From: Candidatus Saccharimonadota bacterium
GTDB lineage: Bacteria; Pseudomonadota; Gammaproteobacteria; Enterobacterales; Enterobacteriaceae
Direction of reading: 5' to 3'
Length of the DNA: 32,000 bases
NCBI GenBank assembly: GCA_045690015.1
Contig: CP145877.1
Location: 120,001-152,000 of the forward strand
Shown one piece after another: positions 21,268 through 30,734 of the stretch. Under the pieces are notes generated by a model, which was not told the DNA's origin, made no database searches, and saw nothing but the letters and a program-made list of their open reading frames with translations. How positions within the stretch are numbered: position 1 is the first letter of the stretch; each line of letters opens with the position of its first letter. The position numbers were made by a program, and so were the translations under genes.

Positions 21268-21540
21268 ATGAATCATCAACATAAGCAGAAATTATTAGGT
21301 CTTATTCAAGAACAAAGGATCACTTTAAAGAGTGAATATAAGGAGTTCAAAAAGATATTATCTCGATACCAACATCATTTACTTACTCTACGAAACATAG
21401 TAATTATTATTAGTAGTATAATAGCTATCTTTTTAGCACATTCTCCTCGTAGATTAATACGTTGGTCAAAACGTTGCATGGCTATTTGGAAGATATGCAA
21501 ATTTTTACGTAAATATTGTCCTAATTTTTGTATGATTTAA
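21268..21540 (+). CDS. yqjK: YqjK-family small membrane protein
   Basis: KQKLLGLIQEQRITLKSEYKEF...IIAIFLAHSPRRLIRWSKRCMAIWKICKFL aligns with E. coli YqjK (KAQLLSQIQQQRLDLSASRREW...VMAIWTIRHPNMLVRWARRGFGVWSAWRLV). It holds the third position of the yqjD-E-K cluster. Confidence 0.75.
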   Translation: MNHQHKQKLLGLIQEQRITLKSEYKEFKKILSRYQHHLLTLRNIVIIISSIIAIFLAHSPRRLIRWSKRCMAIWKICKFLRKYCPNFCMI

Positions 21541-21553
21541 TCGAATGAATGTG

Positions 21554-21582
21554 GATGCTGCTTTGCTTATTAAAGCAGCATC
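21554..21582 (+). terminator. Perfect 11-bp stem / 7-nt loop hairpin 14 nt after the yqjK stop (candidate terminator or RNA-stabilising hairpin; no U-tract)
   Basis: GATGCTGCTTT (21554-21564) is the exact reverse complement of AAAGCAGCATC (21572-21582). It is relatively GC-rich for this genome. The following sequence AATTAATAAT is not a T-run, so it is not a canonical intrinsic terminator. Confidence 0.3.
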
Positions 21583-21757
21583 AATTAATAATATACTTCC
21601 ATGGTTTAAGCTAAGCATGATAAAAATTACGTTAGGTTGTTTATGTATGATGCAGTTATAGTAAGCAACTATCTAAATTATTTCATGACAATAAAAATTA
21701 TTAATAATTTTTATATTGTAGTTTTAAATTATATTTAAATATGATTAAATAATATTA

Positions 21758-22125
21758 GAGGTTAGCTAACTAGACAATCGCTGTTTTCTTTTTCAGAAGA
21801 AGAAGGAAGGGGAGGAAAGTCCGGGCTCCTGAGGGCAGAGTGCCAGGTAATCCCTGGAAGATGAAAATCTATGACTAGTGCCACAGAAATCAAACCGCCA
21901 AATTTAACTAACTAAGAGGTAAGGGTGAAATGGTGTGGTAAGAGCACACCGCACTACTGGTAACAGTTAGTGGCAAGGTAAACTCCACTTGGAGCAAGGC
22001 CAAATAAGACTTAATGAGTATGGCCCATACTAAGTCTGGGTAGGCTGCTTGAGCTAGTAAGTGATTACTAGCCTAGATAAATGATTGTCCATGACTGAAC
22101 CCGGCTTATCGGTTAGCTCTCCTCT
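21758..22125 (+). ncRNA. rnpB: RNase P RNA (M1 RNA, bacterial type A); ends +/- about 5 nt
   Basis: Universally conserved blocks are GGGAGGAAAGTCCGGGCTCC, GGGCAGAGTGCCAGGTAA, AGGTAAGGGTGAAA, GGTAAACTCCAC..GGAGCAAGGCCAAATA, GGGTAGGCTGCTTGAGC and ACTGAACCCGGCTTATCGGTTAGCT. They are colinear with E. coli rnpB. The P1 helix is GAGG..AGCTAAC (21758-21770) pairing with GTTAGCT..CCTC (22112-22124). Confidence 0.9.
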
Positions 22126-22145
22126 AATGTTTTAAGGGGTTTGAC

Positions 22146-22748
22146 TTATAATTTATCGATATTTTTTTCTAAAAAATTCGCTACTCCTTCTGTAGTAGGA
22201 ATTATCGCAGGTTTACCTAATTTCCATTGTGCAGGACATACTTCACCATGTTTTTCATGAAATTGAAGAGCATCTACCATACGTAGCATTTCATCGATAT
22301 TACGACCTAGTGGTAAATCATTGACGACTTGATGACGAATAATACCTTTTTTATCAATTAAAAAAGAAGCTCTCAGAGCGACACCCAATTGTGGATGTTC
22401 AATTCCATAAGCTTTTTGAATTTCATGTTTGACATCAGCTACCATTGGATACTGAATATTCCCAATTCCTCCGTTATGAACGGGAATTTTACGCCATGCT
22501 TGATGTACAAATACTGAATCAATAGAAATACCTATTACTTTAACTTCACGTTTTTTAAATTCATCATAGCGCTTATCAAAAGCAATTATTTCTGAAGGAC
22601 AAACAAAAGTAAAATCCATAGGCCAAAAGAAAATAACTGCAATTTGTTCCTTAATATATGTTTTTAAATTAAAATCATTAATAATTTCGCCATTTCCTAA
22701 AATAGCATTACTGGTAAAATCTGGTGCTAATCTAGATACTAGCATCAT
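22146..22748 (-). CDS. ahpC: Typical 2-Cys peroxiredoxin (AhpC/TsaA, Prx1-type, 200 aa)
   Basis: The peroxidatic Cys context is FFWPMDFTFVCPSEIIAF. The resolving Cys context is HGEVCPAQW. LRASFLIDKKGIIRHQVVNDLPLGRNIDEMLRMVDALQF is also present. An AGGAG SD lies 7 nt upstream. It resembles the 200-aa AhpC/TsaA of Buchnera, Yersinia and Vibrio more than the 187-aa E. coli AhpC. No ahpF is adjacent. Confidence 0.9.
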   Translation of the reverse strand: MMLVSRLAPDFTSNAILGNGEIINDFNLKTYIKEQIAVIFFWPMDFTFVCPSEIIAFDKRYDEFKKREVKVIGISIDSVFVHQAWRKIPVHNGGIGNIQYPMVADVKHEIQKAYGIEHPQLGVALRASFLIDKKGIIRHQVVNDLPLGRNIDEMLRMVDALQFHEKHGEVCPAQWKLGKPAIIPTTEGVANFLEKNIDKL

Positions 22749-22946
22749 ATTTATTCTCCTGTTATTAACAAATAAATTCTCTTACTAGATTATATGTAAA
22801 TAAGATTATTTATCTTAGTAATCGACTTATAATGTGTTTCATTGTAGGATTATATAATAACCATGAAAATATGGTATACTTAAAAATTATAAAATATGAT
22901 AAAGAGCAGATTTTTAAAGATGTTTTCAATTAGTATTAGATTATAA

Positions 22947-24055
<1,109 letters not shown>

Positions 24056-24056
<1 letters not shown>

Positions 24057-24403
24057 TGTTTTTCTCTATATATCAGGCAATAGCTAAAGATAATACATCT
24101 ATACAAGGGAATTCATATTCCATGATATCAATCCTAATAATTTTTGCTCTTATATTATATTTTATTATTTTACAACCCCAAATAAAGCGTGCTAAACAAC
24201 ATAAAAAAATGATTGAATCAATTTATCAAGGGGATGAGATCCTAACTACTGGTGGCATAATAGGAAAAGTTACTAAGATAACTGAACCGGGTTATCTTGT
24301 TATTGCACTTAATTCTACAATAGAGATTATAATAAAACGTGATTTTGTTTCAGCAATTTTACCTAAAGGTACTATGAAAGCTTTAAATATAATTATTCGA
24401 TAA
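24056..24403 (+). CDS. yajC: Sec translocon accessory subunit YajC
   Basis: ILQPQIKRAKQHKKMIESIYQGDEILTTGGIIGKVTKITEPGYLVIALNSTIEIIIKRDFVSAILPKGTMKAL aligns with E. coli YajC. The track start 24053 is a TTG. The ATG at 24056 shares its A with the tgt TGA stop (TGATG overlap). Confidence 0.9.
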
Positions 24404-24413
24404 TCGTAGTTAG

Positions 24414-24481
24414 ATGAAAATGAACCGTTCTACGACATTATGATTATTGTTATAGCAATGCTTTACAAACAAATTTTTTAA
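24414..24481 (+). pseudogene. secD: Frameshifted 5' relic of secD (only about 20 codons recognisable)
   Basis: ATG AAA ATG AAC CGT (MKMNR) starts 10 nt after the yajC stop and hits TGA at 24441. Shifted frame 24431-24481 reads YDIMIIVIAMLYKQIF*. Together these resemble the SecD N-terminus MLNRYPLWKYVMLIVVIVIGLLYALPNLF. The position is syntenic (tgt-yajC-secD in E. coli). Confidence 0.5.
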
Positions 24482-24728
24482 TATTCATTTTCAGTTCAAG
24501 ATTATAAATTTAAAGTACTCCGGAATATATTTATAGTAATTTAAAAGAATTTGAGTCAAATTTTAAAATGAAAAAAAAATATTAATATCTGGTTAAGTTA
24601 AAGGTAATTATCTATCATTACCTAATTATGCTAGAAGAATAATTAGGTTTAGATCTATATAATAGAACTCAATGGATATTTCATACATTCATACAGTACG
24701 TACATTCAAGTAGATGTAAAAATTACTG

Positions 24729-25520
24729 TCATATATGGCTTATAATACGGGGTATATTTTCATCTGTTCTTAATGTTAAGATTTCACAACCTTGGTCAGT
24801 TACTAAAACTGTATGTTCGTATTGTGCAGAAAGACTATGATCTTGAGTTTTAACTGTCCAACCATCTTTCATAGTTCGCACTTTATAATCTCCTGCATTA
24901 ACCATAGGCTCTATAGTAAAGATCATGCCGGGTTGGAGAATAATACCATAATCATATGCATCATAATGCAGTATTTGAGGTTCTTCATGAAAAGATTTCC
25001 CAATTCCATGACCACAATAATCCCGTACAACCGAAAAATTATGTGATTCAACATATTTTTGTATTTCACGACCTAAAATTCTTAAACGGATACCTGGTCT
25101 TATAAGTTGCAAAGCTAAATAAAGGCTATTCTGTGTAACTTTACATAATTTTTCTGCATCAATGGTAGTATTACCAACTATGAACATTTTAGATGTATCA
25201 CCATGATAATGATCTTTAACTACTGTTACGTCTATATTAACAATATCTCCTGATTTAAGAACTTGTTGATCATTGGGAATACCATGACAAACCACATCAT
25301 TCACGGAAATACAAACCGACTTAGGGAATCCTCGATATCCTAAACAAGCTGACATGGCATGTTGTTTATTAACAATATAGTCGTGACAGATATAATCTAA
25401 TTGGTTAGTTGTTATTCCAGAATCTACATATGATGCAATCATTTCTAATACTTCAGCAGCTAGATGGCTAGCTATCCTAATTTTTTCAATTTCTTCAGTG
25501 TTTTTTATAATTACGTTCAT
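24729..25520 (-). CDS. map: Methionine aminopeptidase (type I)
   Basis: SACLGYRGFPKSVCISVNDVVCHGIP, GDIVNIDVTV, HGDTSKMFIVG, YCGHGIG..FHEEPQILHY, FTIEPMVN and SAQYEHTVLVT are colinear with E. coli Map. It is divergent from rpsB, as in E. coli. Confidence 0.96.
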   Translation of the reverse strand: MNVIIKNTEEIEKIRIASHLAAEVLEMIASYVDSGITTNQLDYICHDYIVNKQHAMSACLGYRGFPKSVCISVNDVVCHGIPNDQQVLKSGDIVNIDVTVVKDHYHGDTSKMFIVGNTTIDAEKLCKVTQNSLYLALQLIRPGIRLRILGREIQKYVESHNFSVVRDYCGHGIGKSFHEEPQILHYDAYDYGIILQPGMIFTIEPMVNAGDYKVRTMKDGWTVKTQDHSLSAQYEHTVLVTDQGCEILTLRTDENIPRIISHI

Positions 25521-25625
25521 TATCTAGAGTCCAATTGATTGATTGCATTTAGTTGTAGTCAAGTAGCATAACATTATTACTATCATTTGAACAGTAAAGT
25601 AAGGAAGGGTTAGACATTAATATTA

Positions 25626-25653
25626 TTGAGAGTTATTGGTCTCTAGGTATAAT
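25626..25653 (+). promoter_or_regulatory. Candidate sigma70 promoter for rpsB-tsf (TTGAGA -16 nt- TATAAT)
   Basis: TTGAGA at 25626-25631 and TATAAT at 25648-25653 (context GGTATAAT) lie about 60 nt upstream of the rpsB ATG. Chance promoter-like hexamers are common in DNA this AT-rich, so support is weak. Confidence 0.3.
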
Positions 25654-25711
25654 TTATGTTATAAACATATGATATATATAACTTATAAGAGGTAAAAGAG
25701 GGAATATAAAC

Positions 25712-26425
25712 ATGATAACTCTTTCTATGCGCGACATGATAAAAGCTGGCGTGCATTTTGGACATCAGACTCAATACTGGAATCCGAAAATGAAATCTTA
25801 TATTTTTGGAGTACGGAATAAAATTCATATTATCAATCTTGAAAAAACTATATTCCTTTTTAAAGAAGCTTTAATTGAATTAAAAAAAATTGCATCTCAA
25901 AAAGGAAGAATATTATTTGTTGGAACTAAACGAGCTGCTAGTGAACCGATCAAAAAAACGGCAGAAAATTGTAATCAATACTTCATTAATCATCGTTGGT
26001 TAGGTGGTATGTTAACTAATTGGAAAACTGTTAGACAATCCATAAAGAAATTAAAAGATCTAGAAATACAAGCTCAAGATGGTACCTTTGAAAAATTGAC
26101 TAAAAAAGAAGGATTAATACGTTCTCGAAAGCTAAAGCATCTTGAGGATAGTCTAGGAGGAATTAAAAATATGGGAGGTTTACCAGATGCATTATTTATA
26201 ATTGATGCCAATCATGAAAGTATTGCCATTAAAGAGGCTAGAAAACTTGGTATTACGATTTTTTCTGTGGTTGATACTAATTCCGATCCGGAGGGGATTG
26301 ATTTTGTTATTCCAGGTAATGATGATGCTATACGCGCGATCAAACTATATTTACATAATGTTACTAGTGTTATTCATCCCGAGCTCGAACTAGATTCGGA
26401 TTCCTTTCACTGTGAACTGAAGTAA
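25712..26425 (+). CDS. rpsB: 30S ribosomal protein S2
   Basis: [80 protein letters not shown] and [25 protein letters not shown] are near-identical in pattern to E. coli S2. Confidence 0.97.
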   Translation: MITLSMRDMIKAGVHFGHQTQYWNPKMKSYIFGVRNKIHIINLEKTIFLFKEALIELKKIASQKGRILFVGTKRAASEPIKKTAENCNQYFINHRWLGGMLTNWKTVRQSIKKLKDLEIQAQDGTFEKLTKKEGLIRSRKLKHLEDSLGGIKNMGGLPDALFIIDANHESIAIKEARKLGITIFSVVDTNSDPEGIDFVIPGNDDAIRAIKLYLHNVTSVIHPELELDSDSFHCELK

Positions 26426-26478
26426 CCGAATCTATATTACTAGCATAGCATATTGAAATGAAACGGAGTAAAATTAAT

Positions 26479-27279
26479 ATGGTTAATATTACTATAGAGA
26501 TGGTAAAACAATTAAGAAAAAGGACTGGAGCAGGGATGATGACCTGTAAAAAGGCATTAATTGAAGCTAATGGAAATATAGAAATAGCTATTGATTATAT
26601 ACGCAAACAAGGTGAAACCAGATCTACAAAAAAATTAGATTCTGCTGCTTGTGAAGGGATTATACTGATAAAGATGGATGGAAATTACGGGACAATGATT
26701 GAGATTAACTGTGAAACTGATTTTGTTAGTAAAAATGCTAGCTTTAAAACCTTTGCAGATAGTATTATTACTACTGCTGTTCGTGATCGAATTCAAGATA
26801 TCGAAATTCTAAAATCTCAATTTAAAAATGAACGATTAGAATTAATGAATGCGGTGGGTGAAAATATCAATATTCGTCGTATCTCTTCAATAAGAGAAAA
26901 AGAAAATGAAATCAGTTTTTACTTACATGGAACTCGTATTGGAGTAATGGTAATTACTTCTAAAGGTACGAATAAGCAATTTGGTAAACATATTGCAATG
27001 CATATTGCAGCTAGTAAACCTGAATATGTTAAACCCGAATTAATTCCTATAAAAGTACTTGAACATGAACGTAATATTCAAAAAGATCTTGCAATAAAAT
27101 CTGGTAAACCACATAATATTTTAGAAAAAATAATTGAGGGACGTATAAGAAAATATCTTGATGAATTGACATTAGTTTGTCAAAAATTTATTTTTGAACC
27201 AACTAAAACCGTAGGACAAGTATTAAAAGAAAATAACACAGAAGTGATAAAATTTATTCGTTTCGAAGTAGGTGAATAA
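26479..27279 (+). CDS. tsf: Elongation factor Ts
   Basis: MVNITIEMVKQLRKRTGAGMMTCKKALIEANGNIEIAIDYIRK aligns with E. coli [32 protein letters not shown] SD at 26465-26468 precedes the ATG at 26479. The track start 26458 adds 7 unsupported residues. The protein ends at ...FIRFEVGE. Confidence 0.95.
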   Translation: MVNITIEMVKQLRKRTGAGMMTCKKALIEANGNIEIAIDYIRKQGETRSTKKLDSAACEGIILIKMDGNYGTMIEINCETDFVSKNASFKTFADSIITTAVRDRIQDIEILKSQFKNERLELMNAVGENINIRRISSIREKENEISFYLHGTRIGVMVITSKGTNKQFGKHIAMHIAASKPEYVKPELIPIKVLEHERNIQKDLAIKSGKPHNILEKIIEGRIRKYLDELTLVCQKFIFEPTKTVGQVLKENNTEVIKFIRFEVGE

Positions 27280-27317
27280 AAGCTTTTAAGTAAAGTACTT
27301 TCTAATAAGATTAGATC

Positions 27318-28043
27318 ATGAATAATTTGACAATAACTAACTATCAACGTGTTTTATTGAAAATAAGTGGAGAATCTCTGCAAGGTATCAAAGATTTTGG
27401 GGTTGATATTGATATTATTAATCATCTAGTTAAAGAGATTACAGATCTAGTAAATTTATCAGTACAATTAGGAATTGTTATTGGGGGAGGAAATATTTTT
27501 AGAGGATCTGATTTAGTTAAACTAGGCATTAATAAAGTCGTTGCAGATCATATAGGTATGTTAGCTACTGTCATGAATAGTCTAATTATGCAAGATGCAC
27601 TTCATCGATCTTCTATAAAAACTAGTATGATGTCAGCTATTCCGCTTAATGGCATCTGTGAGATTTATAGTTGGACAAAAGCTATTTCTTTATTAAAAAA
27701 TCAGTACGTAGTAATTTTTTTAGCTGGGATGGGAAATCCTTTTTTTACAACTGACTCTGCTGCTTGTTTACGTGGTATAGAAATAAAAGCAGATATAATA
27801 CTAAAAGCAACCCAGGTCGATGGAATTTTTTCTGCTGATCCTTTAATTGATCCAAGTGCAACACTTTATAAGAAATTATCTTATAAAGAAGTTTTAGAGA
27901 AAGAGTTAAAAGTTATGGATCTTACAGCTTTTACATTAGCAAGAGATCATCTTATTCCAATTCAAATTTTTAATATAACTAAATCGGGTGCTTTACGTAG
28001 AATAATTATGGGAGAAATTGAAGGTACATTAATTACATGTTAA
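27318..28043 (+). CDS. pyrH: UMP kinase
   Basis: [77 protein letters not shown] and [12 protein letters not shown] are colinear with E. coli PyrH. Confidence 0.96.
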   Translation: MNNLTITNYQRVLLKISGESLQGIKDFGVDIDIINHLVKEITDLVNLSVQLGIVIGGGNIFRGSDLVKLGINKVVADHIGMLATVMNSLIMQDALHRSSIKTSMMSAIPLNGICEIYSWTKAISLLKNQYVVIFLAGMGNPFFTTDSAACLRGIEIKADIILKATQVDGIFSADPLIDPSATLYKKLSYKEVLEKELKVMDLTAFTLARDHLIPIQIFNITKSGALRRIIMGEIEGTLITC

Positions 28044-28104
28044 ATGCACAGCATTTAAAAAAAATTACCAACCAACTAACTAAAGTAAAGGAATCCTAAT
28101 AAAA

Positions 28105-28662
28105 GTGGTTAATACTATTAAAAGCGACGCTATTATGCGTATGGAACAATGCATTAAAAATTTTTCTGATCAGATAAATAAAATTCACACAGGACGAGTA
28201 AATCCTAGTTTAATTGATTTCATTACAGTGGAATATTATGGAATTGCAACGCCATTACGTAAACTGGCGAATATTATCACTGAAGACTCCCGAACATTGG
28301 CTCTTACTGTTTTTGATAGCAAATTAATTCCTTCTATTGAAAAGGCCATTTTTTTATCTGATCTTGGAGTTACACCAAATAGTACAGGAACAATAATTCG
28401 ATTAACCTTTCCTGTGTTAAGTGAAGAACGTCGTACTCAATTGAGCAAAGTAGTAAAAAAGGAAGCCGAATCTGCAAAGATATGTATACGAAATATACGA
28501 CGTGAGTTAAATCTAAAATTAAAAAAACAGCTTAAAGATAAAAGTATCAGTGAAGATGAAGAGCATAGAACAGCAGAGGAACTTCAACGAGTTACAAATG
28601 ATTATATAAAAAAAATAGATATTATGCAAAACAAAAAAATTAATGATCTTTTTTCTTTTTAA
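28105..28662 (+). CDS. frr: Ribosome-recycling factor
   Basis: It has a GTG start with an AAGGAA SD upstream. RMEQCIKNFSDQINKIHTGRVNPSLID, VEYYGIATPLRKLANI, LTVFD, SDLGVTPNS and IRNIRRE are colinear with E. coli Frr. Confidence 0.95.
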   Translation: MVNTIKSDAIMRMEQCIKNFSDQINKIHTGRVNPSLIDFITVEYYGIATPLRKLANIITEDSRTLALTVFDSKLIPSIEKAIFLSDLGVTPNSTGTIIRLTFPVLSEERRTQLSKVVKKEAESAKICIRNIRRELNLKLKKQLKDKSISEDEEHRTAEELQRVTNDYIKKIDIMQNKKINDLFSF

Positions 28663-28668
28663 AAAAAT

Positions 28669-29874
28669 ATGAAAAATTTGACAATACTTGGTTCTACTGG
28701 ATCTATAGGTACAAATACATTGAAGATAGTATCTGAAAATCCACACTTGTTTAAAGTGAAAGCTCTAGTTGCAGGTTGTAATGTTGATTTAATGACTAAA
28801 CAATGTCATTTGTTTAAACCAGATTGGGCCGCTCTTTTTGATAAACAGTCTGCACAATTATTGCAAAATCGCTTACAAGAAATGAATACTAATACCAAAG
28901 TACTTGCAGGTGAAGAAGCAGCATGTGAATTAGCTAGTTTAGATGATGTAGATCAGGTAATGTCTGCATTAGTAGGTGTAGTGGGTTTACGACCTACAAT
29001 AGCTGCTATAAAAGCAGGTAAGCAAGTGTTATTAGCAAATAAAGAATCTTTAGTCACATCTGGTCGTTTTTTTATGGAAGCAGTATGTACTGCAAAAGTA
29101 CCATTATTACCTGTAGATAGTGAACATAATGCAATTTTTCAGAGTTTACCTTCAATTATTCAAAACCAGTTAGGCAATATATCTTTAATAAATAATGGAA
29201 TTCAGAGCATTATTTTAACTGGTTCGGGAGGTCCTTTTCGAAATTTGTCTATTTCAGAATTTAAGAAAATTACTCCAGAACAGGCTTGTACACATCCCAA
29301 TTGGAAAATGGGTAAAAAAATCTCTGTAGATTCAGCAACCATGATGAATAAGGGCTTAGAGTATATTGAAGCTCATTGGTTATTTAATGCTTCTCCTGAG
29401 CAATTAGAAATTTTGATCCATCCTCAGTCAATAATTCATTCTATGGTACGGTATATTGATGGTAGTGTATTAGCTCAATTGGGATTTCCAGATATGAAAA
29501 TCCCAATAGCACATGCTATGGCATGGCCAACTCGTATACACAATACGGTAATGCCATTAGATTTTACAAAACTTAAGGAATTAACCTTTTTCAAACCAGA
29601 TTTAAAACGTTATCCATGTTTAAAATTAGCAATAGAAGCATGTAAAAAAGGACAATTGGCTACCATTATATTAAATGCTGCAAATGAAATAGCTGTGAAC
29701 GCATTTCTTAATAAGAAAATACCATTCACAGCAATTCCAGCTATAAATAGCTCTGCTTTAGAATATTTTTATAGTAAAAATCAAGAACCTACTAATATAG
29801 AAGAAGTCATTGAAGTAGATAGATTAATACGTATTAGTATAAAAGAATTATTATCCTCTTTTAATTATAACTAA
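28669..29874 (+). CDS. dxr: 1-deoxy-D-xylulose 5-phosphate reductoisomerase
   Basis: [86 protein letters not shown] and [23 protein letters not shown] match E. coli Dxr. Confidence 0.96.
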   Translation: MKNLTILGSTGSIGTNTLKIVSENPHLFKVKALVAGCNVDLMTKQCHLFKPDWAALFDKQSAQLLQNRLQEMNTNTKVLAGEEAACELASLDDVDQVMSALVGVVGLRPTIAAIKAGKQVLLANKESLVTSGRFFMEAVCTAKVPLLPVDSEHNAIFQSLPSIIQNQLGNISLINNGIQSIILTGSGGPFRNLSISEFKKITPEQACTHPNWKMGKKISVDSATMMNKGLEYIEAHWLFNASPEQLEILIHPQSIIHSMVRYIDGSVLAQLGFPDMKIPIAHAMAWPTRIHNTVMPLDFTKLKELTFFKPDLKRYPCLKLAIEACKKGQLATIILNAANEIAVNAFLNKKIPFTAIPAINSSALEYFYSKNQEPTNIEEVIEVDRLIRISIKELLSSFNYN

Positions 29875-29959
29875 AATTAATCTTCTCATTTTAAGTAGAT
29901 TAGATTTTTACAACTATAATTTATTCACTATATTCTATTATTAGATCTTAATTGATTTT

Positions 29960-30697
29960 ATGCCTTATAATCTGATAAATAACACTAAACCACTACGTCA
30001 TGTAGCCATTATTATGGATGGTAATGGACGGTGGGCAAATCGTCAAGGAAAACTCCGTATTTTTGGACATAAAGCTGGAGTTCAATCTTTAAAAAAAGTA
30101 ATCAAGTTTGCAGTTTCTCATCAATTAGAGGCACTCACTCTTTATGCTTTTAGCAGCGAAAATTGGAATCGACCAAAAATAGAAGTAATAGCATTAATGG
30201 ATTTATTTAAATGGGCACTGAATACTAATTTGAGGAAATTAAACCAACATAATATAAAATTACACATTATTGGTAATGTGAGTAGTTTTAATGTGCAATT
30301 ACAGCACAGTATTCGTTACGCGCAAGCAGTTACCAAAAAAAATACTGGATTAGTACTTACTATTGCTGCTAATTATGGAGGTAGATGGGATATTCTTCAT
30401 GCAATTAAGCAAATCGCCAATTTAGTACAGAAAAAAATAATAGAGCCTGATCTAATAGATGAGTTTTATCTATCAAAATATTTATGTCTTAATAATTTAG
30501 CTCCGGTTGATTTTCTCATAAGAACCGGAGGAGAATATCGACTAAGTAATTTTCTACTTTGGCAGATAGCTTACACCGAATTATATTTCACGGATGTACT
30601 TTGGCCAGACTTTAATGAACAGATTTTTAAACAAGCAATAACCGTTTTTACACAACGAGAACGTAGATTTGGTAGTATCAATTATAATATCGTATAA
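29960..30697 (+). CDS. uppS: Ditrans,polycis-undecaprenyl-diphosphate synthase
   Basis: RHVAIIMDGNGRWANRQGKLRIFGHKAG, EALTLYAFSSENWNRP, IAANYGGRWDI, IRTGGEYRLSNFLLWQIAYTELYFTDVLWPDF and RERRFG match E. coli UppS. Confidence 0.96.
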   Translation: MPYNLINNTKPLRHVAIIMDGNGRWANRQGKLRIFGHKAGVQSLKKVIKFAVSHQLEALTLYAFSSENWNRPKIEVIALMDLFKWALNTNLRKLNQHNIKLHIIGNVSSFNVQLQHSIRYAQAVTKKNTGLVLTIAANYGGRWDILHAIKQIANLVQKKIIEPDLIDEFYLSKYLCLNNLAPVDFLIRTGGEYRLSNFLLWQIAYTELYFTDVLWPDFNEQIFKQAITVFTQRERRFGSINYNIV

Positions 30698-30734
30698 ATA
30701 AAAAATTTCATCAAAGTTAATACTACCTACATAT

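Noticed and set aside
22749-22946. I searched for a queA relic upstream of tgt.
   Set aside because: Translations in all frames show nothing convincingly similar to the QueA C-terminus (..YRFFSYGDAMFI). The weak DKEQIFKDVF match is not credible.
26458-26478. An upstream ATG giving a 7-aa extension (MKRSKIN) to tsf.
   Set aside because: The GGAG SD is positioned for the ATG at 26479, and the EF-Ts alignment starts there.
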